Positions 12,194 to 24,500 of a stretch of DNA of 64,000 nucleotides are shown here, piece by piece. The notes under the pieces were generated by a model. That model had not been told where the DNA came from. It saw only the letters and a program-made list of their open reading frames with translations, and did no database searches. Source of the stretch: Takakia lepidozioides (Eukaryota > Plantae > Bryophyta); the NCBI GenBank assembly GCA_030704615.1, contig CM060731.1, positions 9,672,001-9,736,000 of the forward strand, in the 5' to 3' direction. The position numbers and the translations under genes are program-made. Each line of letters begins with the position of its first letter. Position 1 is the stretch's first letter.

Positions 12194-14584
12194 ATGGCAG
12201 GAAGTGTGACGTTCTACACTTATCCCCTCGCGTTCAATCCTGCGAAGGCAAAGGTGGCATTGGAGGAGAAGCACATCAAAGTAAGAGGAGGGCTTCCCTT
12301 GATTGCTCTATGACACCTGTTAGTAAGATCTGGCACTTCATGGTGAATATGGGTTTCCTGGTCACGGTCTGTTAAGGCTCTTACAGGAATTGAAGTAGGT
12401 TCCACAGAATTTCCGTTATAGTTCTGTGAACAAGGATTCGGGCTGTGCGCTACTCAATACGATCCTTAGGCCTGGTAAAGTAATTGCACATGATGTTGAG
12501 CAAACTGCTAGCATGAAAGTGGTACGCATCTCAGCCTCTACTTCGGGGTGATTAGAAGCTAGCGTAATGCTACCTCAGAAAAAGTGAATTGCACCCTGTT
12601 CAACTGGTGTTGAGGGAATTGTAGGGAAGTTCCGACATAGACCTTCGCCTACACCTGGCAGCACCTACCACGGGGAAGCACCTGTTTTGAGGCATGAACT
12701 CTCAGGGGCAGAAGTCCACAGACCGCTGCTTCTGTGTACATAGTCACTTTCCTTTAAATTGGTCATAAATGAAGTGATTGCCCAGACCCTTAAGCTTAAC
12801 TGTCAATACCCCTTCAATACTCTGTTGTGGACATTCTAAACAAGTTTAAGGTCACCATAAACTTGAACAGGAAGCAGAGGATTTGATGTTATCCCTCACA
12901 GCATCCTTGAAACTCACAAGCATATCATAGATGCACATCAAACACTGCAATTAACCCAACAGAGGAGAGAATGTACTCATAAGACGTTGTTTGCCGTAGC
13001 CTTGTGGCCATTGACCCCCCGCCCAGTTTGAGCGGAACCAACAGAGGAGAGAGACACAGCGAGAGAGAGAATCAACAGGGAACTGACAGTTCTCACATGT
13101 TTGAGTCGGCTAACCTGTAGGTCGGATTTCCTTAGTAAGGCTTGAAACTTACTCCCGCCAGGTGCTTTGTGAGGGGTACATAGGCTAGTATGTATAACAT
13201 GGCTAGGCCACAGGGGCAAGTGTGTTAAGTCATGATGTCTTTCTTGAGCTGTTACTGATTTCTGCTTTAAAGTACGTGAGGTTTAGAAATGCTGATATCA
13301 AAGTTGATGTACTTGAAGAGGATGGTTGCTCTAGATCTCATATTCTGGACATCATGCAGCTTTGACACACAAAAGGAGTCCACTCCTCCCTGGTCATTTT
13401 TGCCCCAGGCATCTCTATGCCAGACTTTCTTTTAGCCGAACCCCACTTGCATATGGAGACCCTCTGGCTTAAACTCTCCGTCCTTGCAGTGTTGACCCCT
13501 TTCCCCTTGTTCTTTATGCATGCCGCAGTATACTGAGAAGAAGATTGACATTTTCAGCGGCCAGTCCCTGGAGCCCTGGTACCTGAAGCTGAACCCCAAT
13601 GCCTCAGCCCCGACACTGGTAGCAGGGGAGCAGGTCATCACAGAATCCATGGAGATTGTCAAGTTAGTGGTTACTTCTCTTCCATCCCTAGGTGGAGCCT
13701 CTTCCAGCTTGGCTGAAGTCAGATTCAGAGTTAGCTTAAATTTTTACTTTGGATTTAGCGGTTTCCTGACCTGCTGGCGAGCGGGCTTCATTTGCATGTA
13801 GGATATCCACTGTTTTTCCAGGACTACTTCACTTGCCCAAATGTTTATCTCTTAGACAGGCGTGTACTACTGCTTAGTTGAGCTGTTGGCAAGACAACAT
13901 TTGCTTGGCAAACGTTTTGTGAACTGCTTTGAGAACTAGTCTTTCTCTTCAGACCCTCTCGTTACTAAGTTTGAACCCCTCCTCCTCCCTTCCAACAGGT
14001 GGGTAGACCAGCAGGGGGAACCTCTTGGGGGCGACAAAGTAGACAGGGCCTTTGTCTCCCAGTGGCTGCCAAAAGTGGATGCCTGGGATGGCAACCTCTT
14101 TGCCTCAGCATTTGGGAGTGCGGGTCCGATCCTGAAACTTACTGCCGAGCATAAAATCAAGGTTGCAGAGGCTGCCATCAAGAGGCACCCCGACTTGGCA
14201 GATATTTACCGCCAGAAAATTAGCTCGCTGAAAGGATCTTCGTCGGCCAAGGACAAGGCAGAGGTGGATTCCAATAAGGCTCAGCTAGTAGCCCTCTTGG
14301 ATGAAGCAGAAGTTCGGCTCAGTAAAACAAAGTTTCTGGCAGGGGATGAGTACACAGTAGCTGATGCCATCTTTACACCCTGCATTTATCGCATACCTCA
14401 AGTTAAGTTGGACAAGGAGCTACTGGATCCCCGGGTACACGTCAAGCGCTATTGGGGAGAGCTAAAGAATAGACCGAGCTACAAGAAGGCATTTGGTGTC
14501 TCTGACAGCGGGCTGGCAACAGCAGGCACCGTGCTCCCTGCCCTGGCACACATTGCCCTCGCAAAGTTAACCCGAAGATACTAG
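12194..14584 (+). CDS. TCHQD: Glutathione S-transferase, TCHQD class (3 exons: 12194-12280, 13529-13662, 13999-14584; 268 aa)
   Basis: GT-AG introns join in frame (87+134+586=807 nt): MAGSVTFYTYPLAFNPAKAKVALEEKHIK|YTEKKIDIFSGQSLEPWYLKLNPNASAPTLV..ITESMEIVK|WVD..WLPKVDAWDGNLF..HPDLADIYRQK..LLDEAEVRLSKTKFLAGDEYTVADA..YWGELKNRPSYKK..LTRRY*. Colinear with plant TCHQD as recalled (ALEEKG, NP..K.P, PDLA..Y..K, LAG.EF..AD, RPSYKK, C-terminal R(K/R)Y). Confidence 0.9.
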
Positions 14585-15337
14585 GTGGAGGAGGCTTTGC
14601 TGAAGGAGATGAGATGCTTGTGTCTATACAAAGTGTTTGGTAGGTTGAGAGAGGAAGCTGCAGTTCAGTCAGGTTTCTCCTCTGCTGCATTTGGTTGTCT
14701 TAGCAACAACTCATTCCCCTCCTGTTTATCTACGAGGGCCCTTCCTCTGCATTTCCCATGATCGAGTGAACTAGAACTCCTTTGAAGTGTATCTGGCGCA
14801 TGTGCCCTGCTTTGTAAGGTGCCTGAAAGTATGATATCACGAGTAAATGTTGGTTCATACTCCTGGACCTTGAGGCCCGCGTGCAAAAATCATTAGACAA
14901 TGGAAGTATTCTAAAATGAAATTTCCTCTGTGATATTGCTTGGTGTATAGCAAGTTGAATTTAGTGACAATTAAGAGGCCAAGGAAAATATTAGGCCAAG
15001 GAGTTAGTTTCCTTGGCCTCAATGTCATCCTTTGTTTCTGATCAGGTCTCTTCATCCTTTGATCTTCTAGGCTTTCCTTGCACCCCCTGTTTGTTTGGTT
15101 TTGTACTTCCTCAGCTCTCTGTTTGTCCACTCCATGATTCCTCACTCCGCTCCTTCGCTCCTCTGTTTATTTGGTCCTGTCTTTACTTCCTCCTCTGTTT
15201 TTGTCTCTATGCTTCCTCGATTGCTACCCTGTCTGTCCAGTCCTGTCTTTACTTGGTCCTCTGTTTGTCCTGTCTATGCTTCCTCAATCCCTGTTTGTTT
15301 GGTCATGTCCTCACTCATTTATCTGTCCTTCCTCACA

Positions 15338-15585
15338 AAACAAAACCATGCAGGGAAGGACTCCTGAAAGAGGAGAGGCAAGGACCAACTCCTGACATCC
15401 ACATTCTCAAAAAAGCAGAAGCACCTATGGTCGACAAAGAGACAGTACACCGACAAATGCAAATTTGAGGTCAATGGGGGGACCTTTAATAGATTCATCT
15501 GCACAGTCTGTGTACATGCGTGCAATCCCAGCTTTCCTATTCCTCAGTCTAGTTATCTCCTTGCAGAGAAAAAAATTGCTATTGC
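15338..15585. repeat. Diverged partial fourth copy of the 3' flank of the BCCP-fusion gene
   Basis: Matches 16320-16642 (GGGAAGGACTCC..GACCAACTCCTGACATCCACATTCTC..ATGGTCGACAAAGAGA..CTAGTTATCTC..GCAGAGAAAAAA) with an internal deletion. Confidence 0.8.
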
Positions 15586-16836
15586 TGGGCAGAGGCAAGG
15601 TACTTTCCAAGTGTTTCCAAGGTAGTTTCAAGTTCTTTGTCAAAAACAGCAATGAAGCAGCACAACGTACCTGCAGATCTGTGTATATTTTGTACTTCCT
15701 CTTACAAAGGTGAGACTGTGTAACAAGGGACCTTGATTATATGCCCTGGGAACTCCATGTACATGTGAAAACTCCGGATGCCGGTTTTATGCTGTATAAT
15801 GCTATGCACATCCTCGTTTCCGGTAGCAGTCAGAAGGACAGTAAGAAAATGTAGACAAGGAGACACAAGTGGACACATACACACATTTTCACTTTCCGAA
15901 ACGCACACTAGGATGTTTAGTTGCAAGCTGCACTCTCTTCCAATTGTGGCCGTGCGTCATCTTTGCCCCAAGCATGGAGAAGGCAGGATGAGCTCTAAGA
16001 AAGAAGAAGAGACAACAGTGTCACTTGCTCCTCGTATTTTGTAGGGAAAAAGTAAAGGTACTTCACTTATGTATGTCCATCCTCCAGTGAGCCCTTCTAA
16101 TGCTATTGACTCCACTTAGCTCTCATCCGTCCCTCCTCATGCCCCCAACGACCTTTCCGTCTCAATTATATGCGGTGCTTGATCTATACAATGGCCGGGA
16201 CAAGCTTGCAAGCTTTATTTCCTTACCATCCCTAAAATAAAACAGGGGAAAAGAAAGGGTAAGAGGTTTCTGCAAAAAGAGGGTCAGAACAAATTGCTGA
16301 CAGAATCCATCTCACAGAACGAAACCATAGGGAAGGACTCCCCAAAGAGGAAAGGCCATCTGGCAGAGAGTCTCTGTTTAAGAGAAGCACTTCGACTGCA
16401 CGTTCTTCAAAAACTTCGTGGATGTTGTGGAGAGAAGAGAAAGACCAACTCCTGACATCCACATTCTCCAAAAAGCAAAGCGATATGGTCGACAAAGAGA
16501 GAGTACACGACAACTGCAAACTTGAGATGAATGGGGGGGACCTTCGATAGATTTCATTTCCACAGTTTGTGCACATGTGTGGAATCACAGCTTTCCTACT
16601 CCTCAACCTAGTTATCTCTTTGCAGAGAAAAAAACTTGCTATCGGTTCTCAGGTATCTAACGAGCCCTGAAGTTGAGTGTATGGGAAAATTGTCAAGCAG
16701 GGACATCGATACTAAGTTCTCCCCGCCAGATCGGCGCCTGTAAGTTTCACAGAAAAATGCATCTATCGTGTTGGGGTAACAATATTGTGCCTGATTAGGG
16801 CCTACTCTACACAGCAGGGTTCGCCCTCTGAGTTGC

Positions 16837-17583
16837 TCATTGCCTGATCACGAACAATGGAGCGTTGACAGAGACGGGCATGCCATCCATCGCCAGTATG
16901 TCTACGACGGTGCCATCGGCATCAGCTTCAATCTCCGTCATCAGCTTCAATGTGTCAACCACGCAGAGTACTTGTCCCTTTCGCACTCGGTCTCCAACTC
17001 TTACATAGAGTGCTTCGAAAGGTGCGGGCGACCGGAAAAAGTTACCTTCCAAAGGACACAAAACCAAGGGGAAATCCACAGCTGGTCTGCCAGAAAAGGT
17101 CTCAAGCATGCTGCCCTGTGTTTGATCAGCTTCGCAACTTCTTTGCCACTCCAAGTCCTCGTTATCTGAATGCCCAGAATTGACGAGGTTGGCAAACTCT
17201 GACATCAAGCTCACCAGCTCACCCTGCCTACTGTTTGTGGCAGCGCCGTTCACTTCAGACAAGTCCGACAATTTTCTGTTCAGATCATCAAAGGGGAGAG
17301 GCAAGGTGTTTCCACATGCACAAGCCCAAACAGCCAACTTCAACACCTGCCCCTCTGCTGAAACTGAGAGAGAAAGGGAGCCATTCTTGCCACTCTTTAC
17401 TGGCACCACGAACTGAGAACCGCTAGGGCAGTGACCAGCCTTGAATCCATTCTTCAACAAGTGGATCGCACACCCACAGTTTTTATGGTACGGGTGCTTG
17501 GAGGTGGACGACGAAGCGCAAGCTCCAGTCATCAGTCTGGAGGACACGAACGGACTAACTGCCATGTAGCTGCTAGCTTCCAT
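16837..17583 (-). CDS. Chimeric protein: plant PYHKNCGC Cys/His module fused to BCCP-like biotinyl domain (copy 1, DTLKL)
   Basis: Intact single-exon 248-aa ORF. C-terminal ~75 aa CPLEGNFFRSPAP.EA.YVRVGDRVRKGQVLCVVDTLKLMTEIEAD..GTVVDILAMDGMPVSVNAPLFVI align to plant BCCP (SPMAGTFYRSPAPGEP.FVKVGD.V.KGQV.CIIEAMKLMNEIEAD.SGT..EI...DG..VS.D.PLF.I). N-terminal HPYHKNCGCAIH. Confidence 0.85.
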   Translation of the reverse strand: MEASSYMAVSPFVSSRLMTGACASSSTSKHPYHKNCGCAIHLLKNGFKAGHCPSGSQFVVPVKSGKNGSLSLSVSAEGQVLKLAVWACACGNTLPLPFDDLNRKLSDLSEVNGAATNSRQGELVSLMSEFANLVNSGHSDNEDLEWQRSCEADQTQGSMLETFSGRPAVDFPLVLCPLEGNFFRSPAPFEALYVRVGDRVRKGQVLCVVDTLKLMTEIEADADGTVVDILAMDGMPVSVNAPLFVIRQ

Positions 17584-18439
17584 GGCTTCTCTCTAACCCT
17601 GATCAATCCCACACTCCTCCAAGCGCTCAAACTGCACAACCTCACTTCAGCGAACTTCTCTCGACTCTCTTGGCTTTCCCGGTGCTCTAAGTAAGCTCCG
17701 GTATCTTGTGGGTTCTCTTGCTGTATCTTGCCCTCCGAGATCATTTTCTGTGTTTGCGACATGAGATTATGGGCTGTGAGCTGCAGAGGAGTTGAAGATC
17801 TACGGGGTGAGGGGGCATTAAAAGCAAGGCGAGGGAGGAGCAGGGCCAACGGGGCACATAGAGAGGCCCGCCTGGAGCATTAAAAGCAGGCGAGGTAACA
17901 GGCAGATTCCGAGAGTAAGTTAGTCATTTTGACGGTAGCCTACGCCATATTACCGTGCTTCAACTCAGACAAGGAACTCTCACGGCCCTAGAAATCTTGA
18001 CAATTTTGTCCTTTCGTGTGGGTTAGCAATATGCATGTTCGTCGTTTTCGTTACTTCAAACTACTTATTCGAAGAGAACTATGAATACCGACGGTCCCTG
18101 GACAACCACTTAGGCATTTTTGCGCCTAATAATAAATTCAATCAATCAGCAAATTAGGCACGTTTTGAAAACCATTTCTCACATTAGGCATCTGCATGCA
18201 TAATTTTTTAGAATTAGGAACATGAGAAGAGAAAACATTTATTTTCTTAAGAATAAAATTACGAAATAGACACCCAGTGCCATCATTTGGGTGGGCCCTT
18301 CCAGGCTCCAGCTACCTTTCATTTCCTTTGAAACCCTAATATGATGACATTGTGGAGTCCATGTAATGGCCTTTCGAAGTTACATGAAGCTCTCGCAAAT
18401 AGATTGCGATTTGTAGGAAGTTATTCCCGCACGCATATA

Positions 18440-20548
18440 TCAATATATGAAGCGAGACGTTTGTTTTGTTTGTTTTGTTTTGTTTTGTTTTGTCACGTTG
18501 AGATGTCCCAAACCGCGAGGCCCCGGCGCTCATGCTTGGTAACGTTGGAAAGGCCTCGACGAGGAGGGGTGCACGGGCTTGGTCTCATGATTTTTGGACA
18601 TGTGGTGTGGGAGATGTGGAATTCCAAGTACTTTTGTTCGCTGAAAATTCACAAGAAAATAGCAAAAATGGCAAAGTGGGCATTCCTGGACAATGGTTGG
18701 AGCCTCGTCGGGAGAGATATCAAGGGAAAGGTCTCCGGTTCAAATCTGGTCGTAGGCTCTGTGGGAAAAAAATGCATTTGGACTTAGATGACATTGGACC
18801 CTTGGGCCAACGGCAAAGGCTACGCTAGAGGTCGCACTTGGGTCTCGACATAGGAGACGCACTTGCATACATAGGAGATTGCACTTGGGCTTAGATGACA
18901 CTTGACACTTGGGCCAACGGCACAGGCTACCCTAGAGGTCGCATTTGGGCCTCGCGTAGGAAATGCATTGGATACATAGGAAATTGCACTTTGTCTTAGA
19001 TTTTCAATTCTTCACACATGGGCCAAATGTACAGGCTATCTTAGAGGTCGTTTGGGCCTCGACATAGGAGACGCACTGGGATACATAGAAGATCTTACAC
19101 TTGGATTTAGATGACACTTGACAGTTGGGACCACGACACATGTTACGCTAGAGGTCGCATTTGGGCCTCGACACTTGGATACAGAGACGATTGCACTTGA
19201 ACTTAGATGACATTGGACACTTGGGCCAACGGCAAAGGCTACTAGAGGTTGCATTTGGGCCTCGACATAGGAGACGCACTTTGATACATAGGGGATTGCA
19301 CTTGGGCTTAGATGACACTGGACACTTGGGCCAATGGCACATACTACCCTAGAGGTCGCATTTGGGCCTCGACATAGGAGACCCACTTGGATACATATGG
19401 GATTGCACTTGGGCTTAGATGACATTGGACACTGGAGGTCGCACTTGGGCCTCTACATGGGAGAAGTACTTGGATACATAGGACATTGCAATTGGGTGTT
19501 AGGGGGCTGTCTGGGACTTAGACAGTTTTACGGGTTCTGTGGGGTACCCTTAATTTTGCGCAGATCTACGGGTAGTAAACTCTGATAGATACAGGCCTTA
19601 AGGGTGGCAGACAGGCTCACACAGTCAATAGTCACAGCCTAACACAGCGTGATACAGCGTGATACAACGTGACACAGTCAGACACAGCCTGACACAACCT
19701 AACACAGCGTGACAGGGCCTTAAGGGTGGCAGACAGACTCACACAGTTAACAGTCACAGTCTGTCACAGCTTGACACAGCGTGACACAACCTAACATAGC
19801 GTGATACAGCGTGACACAGTTAGTCACAGCCCGACACAACCTGTCACAGCCAGACACAACCTAACACAGTGTGACACAGTCAGTCACTAGAAGAGGTAGA
19901 GTAGCGACATGGAAGGAATCACTTCTTGGACATCACTTACGGAGGATCGCTTCTAGCATCACGGCGGATAGCACGATCTTGGAACACAGGGATGAAGATT
20001 ACACAGAGGAGGAGATACGACGAGATGATGCTTGATACTCACATGATGTAGAGAGATATGAGTGAAGTTGTGGACTGAATGCTTGAGTAGATGGAACATG
20101 GTAGATTGCAGAAGCAATCTGATACTTAATCATAGACAGTAAGGTAACTTGCTAACGTGAATGCGAGAAGGAATACAAATAGGAAAACACCCCCATGATA
20201 CATTAGTTGTAGGTCATGACTGATTGTTCTGAGCGGGAGAAGTACTTAGAGATATCCAACTCTTCTATCTTGGATTTCCACCTCAGATAGCGAAGGGATG
20301 GGTGAGTAAAAGCTGCTCGACATAGGGCTTAGATTTCAATTCTTCACACATGGGTCTCAACATAGGAGACACACTTGGATACATAAGGATTGCACTTGCA
20401 CAAGTGCTGGATACTTGGGCCAACGGCACAGACCACCCTGGTGGTCACACTTGGGCCTAGACATAGGAGACATATTTGAATGCATAAGAGATTGCACTCG
20501 GGCTTAGATGACCTTGGACACTTGGGCCAACGACACAAGCTACCCTAG
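18440..20548 (+). mobile_element. Non-autonomous Helitron with internal ~100-bp tandem repeats
   Basis: A|TCAATATATGAAGCGAGACG start and GGGCCAACGACACAAGCTACCCTAG|T end (5' TC, 3' CTAG, A/T insertion, no TSD). Same family at 58419-60804. Confidence 0.75.
19497..20322 (+). mobile_element. Solo LTR (same family as the gypsy LTR at 6475)
   Basis: TG..CA ends; 5-bp TSD TTGGG/TAGGG within a Helitron repeat unit; first ~75 bp match 6475 onward; internal (GTGACACA)-like microrepeats. Confidence 0.88.
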
Positions 20549-20759
20549 TTTGTATTGATTTTTATTCAATATTACAAACAATATGAGAAGCCATGAAAAG
20601 AGGTTTGCAAGTTTTTTGCTGGAATATTTGGGCATTAGGCACTTTGGCCCCATAGTTTCCGAACAATTAGGCCAAAATCTGAAAAATTCATAGAATTGGT
20701 TAGGCACTTTCATTTTGAATTAATTATTGCCTAAACGGTTGTCCAGGGACGGTATACCT

Positions 20760-21050
20760 CTACTGACGCAAGACCCCCTTCCTCCGGCCTCAGACTTTGT
20801 CTCCTCTTTTAGGACTCGTCAATCTCCTCTCTTGTACAAAGACTTTAACGTTTGTTGTACTCCATTTTTCACTCTTTCTTTCTTTTTTCATTTTTTTGAT
20901 CAATTCCCCGCCAAAGGTAAGGTGGTCTTATTGAGTGACTTCAATGCCCCGGTGGGCATTTTGGTGAGGATGAGCTGAATTCTATGGTAGACGGTTAATA
21001 AACTGTCCGGAAGAACTTCAGTTTTTGACCTTGAATAATAGGTCAAAAGG
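20760..21050 (+). pseudogene. LINE AP-endonuclease fragment (also tandemly duplicated at 31320-31930)
   Basis: KGKVVLLSDFNA.VG motif (cf. GDFNA of LINE endonucleases), followed by IG.F.EDELN in the unit B copies. Confidence 0.55.
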
Positions 21051-21509
21051 AAACCAAGTGCAGTGGACTCGTGAGAAAGCCGGAACACAAGAAGACTAGA
21101 ACTCTGGTTCAAGTAAGGATTTTTGTCTCAATCGATATACTTTCATATCTCTCTTTCCCTTTGGAGTTCTATGCTGTAACTTCGTCATTTTTTGGGGTGA
21201 TTTTATATGGATCACAGTGAATCTGTACAGTAGAGATTATAGCAAGCCAACATCGCTGCATCGTGTAGGGAATGTTGACTAGACCTAACTTCCTGCTGTC
21301 ATGTCGAGTTCAGGTTGTCCTAGGGTTGTTTGTATGAAAAAACTAAAGAAAAATTTAAATGTCTTGTTAGTAGCAGAGACAGCCTAGGCTTTTTGGGGGG
21401 AGACGGAGGTAGTTCCATATAATGCAAAATTATACTTTACTCTAGTTAATCATGGATATGGAATGGAACAACATTGAATTGTTGGAAATTCTCGGTGTTG
21501 GTCTTAGGA

Positions 21510-24500
21510 GGGATGAAGATTCGCCATCTTCTAGATCCCATGCATATTGAGAAGAATGTCTGCTCGGCCATCTATGGGCCGAACAAAATGGTGTGGACCC
21601 AAAGGGTGGGTGGAAGTATAGGCGCGCACCTTGGCAATGGACAAAGGATGAATACAATAAAGTGATAGCCACCATAAGTGTTGTCCGAACACCAACTGGT
21701 TATGGGTCATCCCTTCGTACACAGTTGAACGAAGAAGACGTGATCCATGGTTTGAAGTCTCATGACTACCACAATCTATTGCAAGACATCTTGTCCATTG
21801 CAGTACGTGGGACATTGACTCCCGAGGTTCGTGAGACAATCTATAGATTGGGAGGCTTGTTCCGGTGGATTTGCTCCAAAGAGTTGGAGGAAGCGGATTT
21901 TTCACGCATGAAGAAGAGGCGGCGGAGGTAATGTGTATGTTGAAGATGCACCTTCCTCCCTCCTTCTTTGACATCCAAGTGCACTTGGTAGTGCACTTAG
22001 TGGAAGAGGCTTCGATTGCCGGCCCCGTTCATTCTCGGTGGATGTACTTCCTTGAGCGTTATATGAAGACTTTGAGGATTTGTAAGACAAATGGCGCACC
22101 CGAAGGGTAGCATGGCGGAGGGGTATATGTTGCAAGAAGCTATGTTCTATTGCATGGAGTCATGGCAAGGGTGGATGAGGAAGCCCCTCGGATGTGGAAG
22201 GAAAAGGAGGATGCACGAACCCAAGGCAGCGTTTTGCCCAAAAAATCAAATAGGGTAAAATTGCCGACCTTGGTGATTGAGCAAGCGCATGACTTCATAC
22301 TGAAAAACACCCCATCCATACATGAGTGGGAAGCAAGATACAATAACCTTGTTCAGCAACGAGAGGATGAGCAGAACCATCCAAGGCCGGTTACTAGACG
22401 CCCACGACGAGGAGCGGGCCGCCGGAATGTTCCTTCATAGAATTTGCCCATGGAATTGCAGCCTCTAAGTTCATTCCAACAGTGGCTTCGGACTTCAGTT
22501 TATGACGTCGTTGCTCAAGGAGAGGTGGTTTCAGATTTGGTGCAAGACATTGCAAGGGGCCCCTCTCAATTCGCGACCTCATACATGGCGGTTTGGGTTC
22601 ACGGTCGTCATTTCCGCACTCGTGCTCTTGACATGAAGCGCAAAAAAACCTTTGATTTTGGCTTGTGTGCCACATATTGGCAAGACTCCGTGTGAGGCAA
22701 GGGAGATACACGACCTGCTATGAACAAACTTGAGTACATTGGAGAGCTTGAGAGCATACTCCAATTTCAGTATACAAGGTACCAGCCTCTTCTTTTCAAG
22801 GGAAGGTGGTTCCGGCCACATCTTGTAGGGCCTTCTGCAACACTAGTGCAAGATGATTGTGGTTTCATGCGCGTCAATGCAAATAGGCTCAACCCTACTC
22901 ATCGTCCCTCCGATGAGTTTTTTTCACGGCCTTTAGACATGGAGCAAGTTTTCTTCTCTGATGACAAAACAAGAGGGGGGAATTAGAAGGTGGTTGTGCA
23001 TGCTCAACCAAAAGGAAGACGTATCTATCATGGTCTCGGATCTCCATGGGGTGAGGCAATTGCGGTGGATAGAGAGACTGGTCATAATGATACTGATGAT
23101 GGAGGTTGGGTAGAGGGGGTAGAAGAGGATGATGACACCCCAGATAATGCATCCCGGACCCTATATGATGAAGCTCCAGAAATTACGGATGTTGGAGAAG
23201 TAGATGAAGACACGACCATTGACAACGAGGTGGAGGATGATTCGGAGGTGTCACGGACATAGCCCAGAGGAACTTACCATACTTATCAAATTACCGGAAG
23301 TTTACCAAATTACCAAGAGTAACTTGGGAAACTGCTCAGGAAGCTTCCTTTGGAGGAAACTTCTCCATCAAGATACTTCATTTGTTTAAGGAAGCTTCTC
23401 CATCAAGAAACCTTTGTTTAATCTTGGAAACTTCTCCAGCAAGAAACCTCCATAGGGGAAGCTTTTTAGGGAAGGTTCTTAGTAGCCAGTATATATAGGA
23501 GGCGAGATTGGACATTCTTCAGTCTTGCCAACACAAGTTCAAGCTACTCTTGTTTCCAGTTCCAGTACTCAAGTCCAGCTTCCAGTACTCTAGTCCAGTT
23601 TCCAGTATCTAGTATTCCAGTCTAGTTTCCAGCATTCCAGTCTAGTTTCCAGCATTCCAGTATCCAAGTCAAGTTCCAGTATCCTGTACTGTTGTTCATT
23701 GTTATAAAGATCGTCTTCATTCCTATTTACTCATCGTGCATACGGCCACGCCGACCTTGACTTCTTGTCTAGTCTTGTACCTCTAGTCTGATCTCTTGTT
23801 TGTGTTCAGTCATGTTCTTGTCCTTGACAGCAGGTGCCTTTTGAGGGCCGAACCATTTATGACGATGACTCCGATGACCAAGACGACTTGCAGCTTGATG
23901 AGGATGAAGAAGCTCCGATGATGATGTTCAAGTTGATTAGACACGAAATCAAAGCTACATAATAATTCTCGCACCGAATTGTACTCATCCCTTCGATTGA
24001 TTGTACATGTACATATATATTGTAGCTTATTACTATGATTGATCAAATATGGCTGTGGCTGGTAGTCTTTTAAGAAAGAAGGCAGATGCATTGAATATGT
24101 TGGAGCAACACATACATATGTGGTATAAAGAGAATTATCAAAATGAGTGTCACAATCTACAAGAAGGTCCACAACAACAAGCTAAACCATAAAGAAAAAT
24201 AAACACCCTACCCCAGTACCATATGGAAAAAAAAAAAAAAACTAAGAACCCCCAAAGGCCTTAAACCTAAACCTAGAAAACCCTGCCATCGCTGCCTGCG
24301 ACCCCCACACGTCGCAAACTGCGACGAGTTTTTAGGATATATGCGGCCGGGGGTTGCAGGATACGACCTGTTTTTTTTTTTTGAAAGAATTGGGCAGCCC
24401 CTGTTTGTGACGCCCGACCGTCGCCAATGCCTTTTGCCATTCATGCCACCATGCGACGGCCTGGCGTCGCCAACAAGGGCTGCGATGAAAGAAAGGACAA

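Larger units (their letters stand above)
18088..20752. mobile_element. Non-autonomous TIR element (Tc1/mariner-type, TA target duplication) hosting a Helitron
   Basis: Left TA|CCG(AC)GGTCCCTGGACAACCACTTAGGCA, right TGCCTAAACGGTTGTCCAGGGACGG|TA. The homologous empty site in unit B reads GAACTATGAATACACCTCTAC (~31305-31325). Confidence 0.75.
15625..21400. repeat. Segmental duplication unit A (contains fusion gene copy 1; interrupted by 18088-20752)
   Basis: Colinear high identity with 29050-32264 and with 36070-36164 + 46974-49075 + 52930-53548. Confidence 0.9.

Noticed and set aside
15013-15340. Hydrophobic Cys/Leu-rich ORFs (similar tracts at 26520-26860, 27560-27960, 34400-34610, 57980-58180)
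   Set aside because: Translations of a degenerate purine/pyrimidine-biased dispersed repeat, not genes.
16232-16606. 124-aa ORF repeated at 29446-29811
   Set aside because: No recognisable domain, non-ATG start, and frame broken in unit C; probably the 3' UTR or flank of the fusion gene.
16840-17849. Antisense and overlapping ORFs (109, 105, 87 aa) conserved between copies
   Set aside because: Conservation follows from recent duplication and from the coding strand opposite.
18780-20548. Regularly spaced repeats resembling a CRISPR array (also 58500-60800)
   Set aside because: No unique spacers, degenerate units, eukaryotic context, no cas genes; explained as Helitron internal repeats.
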